A DNA stretch of 64,000 bases from a candidate division FCPU426 bacterium (GTDB lineage: Bacteria; Oederibacteriota; JAAXVQ01; JAUVAV01): contig JBFLYH010000002.1 in NCBI GenBank assembly GCA_040756875.1, positions 863,078 to 927,077 of the forward strand, in the 5' to 3' direction. Numbering within the stretch: position 1 is the first letter of the stretch; each line of letters opens with the position of its first letter. Positions 59,160 to 64,000 of the stretch are shown here, one piece after another. The notes under the pieces are model-generated. The model was not told the origin of the DNA, made no database searches, and saw only the letters and a list, made by a program, of their open reading frames with translations. The position numbers and the translations under genes were made by a program.

Positions 59160-59351
59160 ATGGAATGCCGCAAGGATAAGAACTTGAAAATGTGCAACTG
59201 CACCTACCCCTGCAGCCGCAAGGGGCTTTGCTGCGAATGCCTGGCCTACCACCGCGACTCCGGCGAACTGCCGGCTTGCTATTTCGACGCCAAGATCGAA
59301 AAAACCTATGACCGGTCAGTGGAGGCTTATCTGCGTTCCCGCAGAGGATAG
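59160..59351 (+). CDS. Small Cys-rich protein (DUF6485-like)
   Basis: CNCTYPC.RKG.CCEC..YH...ELPACYF...EKTYDRS. Confidence 0.75.
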   Translation: MECRKDKNLKMCNCTYPCSRKGLCCECLAYHRDSGELPACYFDAKIEKTYDRSVEAYLRSRRG

Positions 59352-59426
59352 CCGTCCGCTTGACTGGCAAAACACTGAAAAAAAGGGCGCAAAACAAGGC
59401 GGGTCCGCCAAAACCCCTTTTTGCGT

Positions 59427-59455
59427 TTGACAAGCGCCCCCCCTGGGGGTATGAT
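59427..59455 (+). promoter_or_regulatory. Sigma70 promoter of the symporter/K+ uptake operon
   Basis: TTGACA-N17-TATGAT. Confidence 0.7.
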
Positions 59456-59521
59456 GCATTCTCGCAGGTCGAGCGGGAAGGTTCCGCCGGCCTGCTTTGT
59501 CATTTCTAGGGGGACGAGGGA

Positions 59522-61042
59522 ATGGCCCTAAGGGGTCGTTTTACCACCAACGCGGGCTTTTTGCTGGCTGCCATCGGATCCGTAGTGGGCATGGGCAGCA
59601 TTTGGCGCTTTCCTTATATAGCCTACGCCAACGGCGGCGGGGCTTTTCTCATCCCTTATTTTATCGCGCTGCTCACCGCCGGTATCCCCCTTTTGCTGCT
59701 CGAATACGGCCTGGGGCATAAAATGCACGCCTCGTCGCCCTTGGCCTTTGCCAAAATCAGCCTAAAGGTGGAATGGCTGGGGTGGTGGATGCCGCTGTTC
59801 GTCACTTTTGGCATCCTGTTTTACTACCAGGTGGTCATCGGCTGGTGCGGCAATTTCCTGGTTTATGCCCTGTCCACGGCCTGGGGGGCTGATTCCGAGG
59901 GCTTTTTTCTCAACACCTTCCTGGGTCTTACCTCGGCGCCTGAAAAAGTAGGCGGCTTGCGCTGGCCGATCGTGGCTTCCACGGCCGCGGCCTGGTTCGT
60001 CACCTGGGCGGTCACCTTCCAGGAAGTCCACCGGGGCATCGAACGGACGCTTAGGGTGTTCATGCCCGTGCTGCTCGTGACCACCCTGATCCTGGTGGGC
60101 TGGGGACTGACCCTGCCCGGCGCCAGCGAGGGGTTGAAGTATTATCTCACGCCGCGCTGGGATAAGCTGCTGGACGTGAAGGTCTGGCTGGCGGCTTACA
60201 GCCAGATTTTCTTTTCTTTCTCCCTGGCGTTCGGCGTGATGATCGCCTACGCCAGCTACCTGCCGCGCCGGGCGGATCTGGTGCAGAACGCCTGGATCAC
60301 CAGCCTGTCCACCTGGCTGTATTCGCTGGTGGCGGGAGTGGCCGTGTTTTCGGTGCTGGGGTACCTGTCGGTCAGCAAGGGTTTGCCGATCGAGTACGTG
60401 GTCAAGTCCGGGCCCACGCTGGCGTTCGTGGTGTTTCCCGAGGCCATTTCCAACCTGCCCTGGCTGCGGGAAGCGTTCGGCGTATGTTTCTTTTTCGCCC
60501 TGATGCTGGCCGGCCTCGCATCCGCGGTGGCCATGGTGGAGACGTTCGTGGTCTCGGTCCAGGACAAGTTCGGCTGGCCGCGCAAAACCGTGGTCACGGT
60601 GCTGGTCCTGGTGGGCATGGTCGGCTCCCTGTTGTACACCACGGGCAGCGGACTGCACTGGCTGGTGATCGTGGACCGCTATCTGAACCAGTACGGGCTG
60701 GTGCTGGCGGGATTGCTGGAGTGCCTGGTGATCGGGTTCGGGCTCAAGGCCGGCGTGGTGCGGGATCACATCAACCGCCACACGCGCCTGCCCATGGATC
60801 CGCGCTGGGACTTTATGGTCAAATTTCTGACGCCGGCCCTGCTGCTGGTCATGCTGGTCCGGAGTTTGTGGGCCGAGATCGCCCACGGATTCGGCTCCTA
60901 CCGCACCCTGACCGTGCTGGCCATGGGCGGCGGATGGCTGCTTCTGACGCTCCTCGCGGCCTGGTGGCTGGCGCGCCGGCCGTGGGATCCGCAGCGCCTC
61001 CGCACCGAGCACCAGCCGGCCGAAGACGAACTTTTTCGCTAA
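59522..61042 (+). CDS. Sodium:neurotransmitter symporter (NSS) family transporter
   Basis: GSVVGMGSIWRFPY, NGGGAFLIPY, QIFFSFSL, GPTLAFVVFP. Confidence 0.92.
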   Translation: MALRGRFTTNAGFLLAAIGSVVGMGSIWRFPYIAYANGGGAFLIPYFIALLTAGIPLLLLEYGLGHKMHASSPLAFAKISLKVEWLGWWMPLFVTFGILFYYQVVIGWCGNFLVYALSTAWGADSEGFFLNTFLGLTSAPEKVGGLRWPIVASTAAAWFVTWAVTFQEVHRGIERTLRVFMPVLLVTTLILVGWGLTLPGASEGLKYYLTPRWDKLLDVKVWLAAYSQIFFSFSLAFGVMIAYASYLPRRADLVQNAWITSLSTWLYSLVAGVAVFSVLGYLSVSKGLPIEYVVKSGPTLAFVVFPEAISNLPWLREAFGVCFFFALMLAGLASAVAMVETFVVSVQDKFGWPRKTVVTVLVLVGMVGSLLYTTGSGLHWLVIVDRYLNQYGLVLAGLLECLVIGFGLKAGVVRDHINRHTRLPMDPRWDFMVKFLTPALLLVMLVRSLWAEIAHGFGSYRTLTVLAMGGGWLLLTLLAAWWLARRPWDPQRLRTEHQPAEDELFR

Positions 61043-61059
61043 AAAGGACGGAACAGCGA

Positions 61060-62436
61060 ATGAAATCACCGCAGGAATTCATCCAGGAATTGTTCGTTTC
61101 CAGGCAGTCCGTAATGGCGGGAAAGACCTGGACCGTCACTCCGCCGCAGCGGCTGGTCATGTTTTTCATCGGCTTGATCATCCTGGGCACGGTGCTGCTG
61201 ATTCTGCCCTGGGCCCATCCGGCGGGCAAGGCCTGCAGCCTGGTGGATGCCTGTTATACCGCGACCTCGGCGGTGTGCGTGACCGGCCTGATCGTCCGCG
61301 ACACGGCCGCGGACTTCACGCCCTTCGGGCAAGTGGTCATCCTGGCGCTGATCCAAATCGGCGGGCTGGGGTACATGCTTCTGGCCACGGCCGCGGCCGT
61401 GTTGCTGGGCCGGCGCATCGGCATCACCGAGCGGTCGGCCATCGCCCAATCCCTCAACCTGGACAGCCCGGAGGGCATGGGGCGCTTCGTGCGCAGCGTG
61501 GTCTATTTCACCCTGGTGATGGAAGCCGTCGGCGCCGTATTGATCACGGTATCGTATTGGCCCCAGCATTCGCCCGGGCAGGCGATGGCACTGGGCGTGT
61601 TCCATGCCATTTCCTCGTTCAATAATGCGGGATTCAGCCTGTTTCCCGACAACTTCATGTCCACGGGGCTGAAGCCCTTGGCCTTGGCCGTGGTCATGGG
61701 GCTGACAGTGATCGGCGGCATCGGTTTTCTGGTGTACCAGGAAGTATGGGACCACGTGCGCGGACAGCGCCAGCGTTATTCAGTGCACACCAAGCTGGTG
61801 GCGATTACGACCGTACTGCTGCTGGGCTTGGGCTGGCTGGGCCTGTTCTTCGGTGCGCATCTGAACTGGCTGCAGGCCTTGTTTTTGTCGGTCACGTCGC
61901 GCACCTCGGGATTCAACATGCAGGATATAGGGATGCTGCCCGTGGGCGCGCACTGGCTGCTGATCCTGCTGATGTTCGTCGGCGCTTCGCCGGGCGGGAC
62001 AGGCGGGGGCATCAAGACCACTACGGCGGCTACGGTCCTGGTCGCGCTCTGGGCCATGATGCGCGGCCGGGACCGGGTGGCGGTTTTCAGCCGCGAGCTG
62101 CCCCAGGACACGGTGCAAAAAGCGTTGGTGATCTCCATCACCATGGCGCTGGTGGTCGTGGGCATGAGCATGCTGATCATCGCCTGCGAAACCGGGGCGC
62201 AGTCCCTGCGCAAGGTGCTGTTCGAGGTGACCTCGGCCCTGGGGACCGTGGGGCTGTCCACGGGCGACGGCCACATCCTGAGCTTGTCGGCAACATTTTC
62301 GCCGGTCGGTAAAATACTGATTATCCTGACCATGTTCATCGGCCGTTTGGGGCCCTTGACCCTGGGCGTGGCGTCGGCGGCTAAAACCGCCCCCGCGCAG
62401 TTGACTTATCCCGAAGGGAGAGTGAGCGTCGGATGA
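61060..62436 (+). CDS. ktrB: TrkH/KtrB K+ uptake membrane subunit
   Basis: TSAVCVTGL, IQIGGLG, FNNAGF, RTSGFN, GGTGGGIK, SALGTVGLS, GRLGPL. Confidence 0.92.
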   Translation: MKSPQEFIQELFVSRQSVMAGKTWTVTPPQRLVMFFIGLIILGTVLLILPWAHPAGKACSLVDACYTATSAVCVTGLIVRDTAADFTPFGQVVILALIQIGGLGYMLLATAAAVLLGRRIGITERSAIAQSLNLDSPEGMGRFVRSVVYFTLVMEAVGAVLITVSYWPQHSPGQAMALGVFHAISSFNNAGFSLFPDNFMSTGLKPLALAVVMGLTVIGGIGFLVYQEVWDHVRGQRQRYSVHTKLVAITTVLLLGLGWLGLFFGAHLNWLQALFLSVTSRTSGFNMQDIGMLPVGAHWLLILLMFVGASPGGTGGGIKTTTAATVLVALWAMMRGRDRVAVFSRELPQDTVQKALVISITMALVVVGMSMLIIACETGAQSLRKVLFEVTSALGTVGLSTGDGHILSLSATFSPVGKILIILTMFIGRLGPLTLGVASAAKTAPAQLTYPEGRVSVG

Positions 62437-63251
62437 CAACGCCCAAGAAACGTAAAAACGACAAAGCGGCGCGCAAGGAAGATCTGGACTGGTTTAAATT
62501 CGACGACTGGCTTAAAACGGTCCGGCCCCTGTCCACGCGCCTGGAAATGCGCAAGCGCAATTCCTTCGCCGTGCTCGGCCTGGGCAATTTCGGCCAGCAC
62601 GTGGCCGAAGCCCTGATGCGGGCCCGCAAGGAAGTCCTGGCCATTGACCAGGACCCCGAGCGGGTGGGGGAAGTGTCGGACCTCGTGACCCAGGCCGTGG
62701 CCGCCGACGTCACGGACGTCAAGGCCCTGCGTTCCGCGGGCGTGGAAGGCGTGGACGCGGCCATTGTCTCCATCGGGGAGAGCATCGAAGCCTCGGTGCT
62801 GGCGGTCATGATTCTTAAGGACCTGGGGGTGCCCGAGGTGATCGCCAAGGCCACCAACCTGCTGCACGCCAAGGTGCTCGACAAAGTGGGCGCGACGCGC
62901 GTGGTTTTCCCCGAACGCGAGGCCGCGATCGACCTGGCCGGCGAACTGACCGTGGTCAGCGTGCTGAATTACTTCCAGCTGGCCGAGGGCATTTCCGTGG
63001 TGGAAGTTCCCGTGCCGCCCGGCATCGTGGGCAAGACCATCCGCGAAACCGAGTTGCGCACGCGCTTCAACGTCAATGTCATCGGCGTCAAGCACCGGCA
63101 CCTCGAGCTCGACAAGGAAGGCATGGGGCACGAAAAGGCCGTGTACGATGTTTTGATCACGCCGGATTTGGTGGTCGAGAAAGACGACACCCTGGTGCTG
63201 GTGGGACGGGACGAGGATCTGAAGAAAGTCGAGCGTTTGCAGACCGAATAG
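62433..63251 (+). CDS. ktrA: TrkA/KtrA K+ uptake regulatory (RCK) subunit
   Basis: AVLGLGNFG, KVGATRVVFPERE, RCK_C domain. Confidence 0.92.
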   Translation: MTTPKKRKNDKAARKEDLDWFKFDDWLKTVRPLSTRLEMRKRNSFAVLGLGNFGQHVAEALMRARKEVLAIDQDPERVGEVSDLVTQAVAADVTDVKALRSAGVEGVDAAIVSIGESIEASVLAVMILKDLGVPEVIAKATNLLHAKVLDKVGATRVVFPEREAAIDLAGELTVVSVLNYFQLAEGISVVEVPVPPGIVGKTIRETELRTRFNVNVIGVKHRHLELDKEGMGHEKAVYDVLITPDLVVEKDDTLVLVGRDEDLKKVERLQTE

Positions 63252-63271
63252 GAAGGGTTCTTCTTTTCCCC

Positions 63272-63305
63272 AGCCTCCCCGGACGAGATCCGGGGAGGCT
63301 TTTTT
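63272..63305 (+). terminator. Rho-independent terminator
   Basis: AGCCTCCCCGGA-CGAGA-TCCGGGGAGGCT followed by T-run. Confidence 0.88.
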
Positions 63306-63395
63306 ATTAATAAGGACGAACGGGCAAGAAAGCGTTTAAGGTCGGCGGCGAATGCACGATACTTGAACCAGTCCCCATGCAGGAGCGCGCGACTC

Positions 63396-64000
63396 ATGCC
63401 CCTTGTCCAAACGTCCAACCCGGCGATTCTCTCCTACCAGGAATTGGCCGCGGCGTTCCAGCGCCTCAACCGCATAACGGATTTCGGGCAATTGAGCAAC
63501 CACGTTTTGGCGGAACTGTCCCGGCTCTTCGAAGTCGAGGCCGCGGCGCTGCTGCTGGTCAACAAACACAGCCAGGAGCTGGAGATCGCGGCCGTGCGGG
63601 AGGTGCCCGAGGAAATCCTGACCGCTTACTTGCAGCATCCGGCGCGCGCTCAAGCCGTGGCCGAGGCCATGGTCGATCACAACCTGGGAGTGGACGATTC
63701 CAATTGCCCGGAACAGGTCCGGTCGCTCGCCGCCGCCGGGCTGAATCATTTCCGGCTGTTCCCGATTTTGCTGGAGGAAAACATCATCGGCTATTGCGCC
63801 CTGGCCTCCTCCCGGCCCGTGTGCACGACGCCGGAGCAGCAGGCCGCCGCGCCCCTGGTCCTGGCTTTTGTGGCCCAAGCCATTGAAAACGCCTATTTCA
63901 TCTACCAGCTCAAGCAGCAGAACGCCCGCCTGGAACACATGATGACCCGGCTGCAAAACACCCAAAACCACCTGAAACGCGCGGAAAAAATGGCGCTGGT
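63396..64000 (+). CDS. GAF-domain sensor histidine kinase (3'-truncated)
   Basis: Not in the ORF track (no stop in window). AGGAG RBS; MPLVQ...AAALLL...FPIL...AIENAY...LKRAEKMAL coiled coil leading toward an H-box. Confidence 0.75.
   Translation, partial: MPLVQTSNPAILSYQELAAAFQRLNRITDFGQLSNHVLAELSRLFEVEAAALLLVNKHSQELEIAAVREVPEEILTAYLQHPARAQAVAEAMVDHNLGVDDSNCPEQVRSLAAAGLNHFRLFPILLEENIIGYCALASSRPVCTTPEQQAAAPLVLAFVAQAIENAYFIYQLKQQNARLEHMMTRLQNTQNHLKRAEKMAL

Overview
64 kb of a GC-rich, diderm (outer-membrane) bacterial chromosome, mostly housekeeping and transport genes. These include cusBA, degV, hrpB, trpB2, a glycosyltransferase cluster, pepP-efp-accB-accC-asp23, thiC, aroB with TPR/roadblock genes, divIC-DUF501, a MarR-TolC-RND operon, pgi, gpmA, mlaEFD, a Na+ symporter and ktrBA/trk, plus tRNA-Leu(TAA) and initiator tRNA-Met. 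No CRISPR array, rRNA, integrase or transposase is seen. The best candidate for an undescribed system is at 1-6900: a secreted protein with a FlgD-Ig/T9SS-like C-terminal domain; a PorV-like outer-membrane barrel fused through a coiled coil to a PhnD-like periplasmic binding domain; a sensor kinase; and a sigma54 activator. These are followed by a near-consensus sigma54 promoter in front of an ECF sigma factor with no adjacent anti-sigma, suggesting a trans-envelope HK > bEBP > sigma54 > ECF cascade. Other notable items are two families of dispersed miniature structured repeats (two copies each, stacked at 13.9-14.2 kb), a promoter-driven ~175-nt structured leader upstream of aroB, an MlaD with a C-terminal beta-barrel-like extension, intragenic promoters in AT-rich patches of pepP and aroB, and a CDS that reads into tRNA-Leu. 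All product calls come from motif recognition by eye; no searches or folding programs were run.
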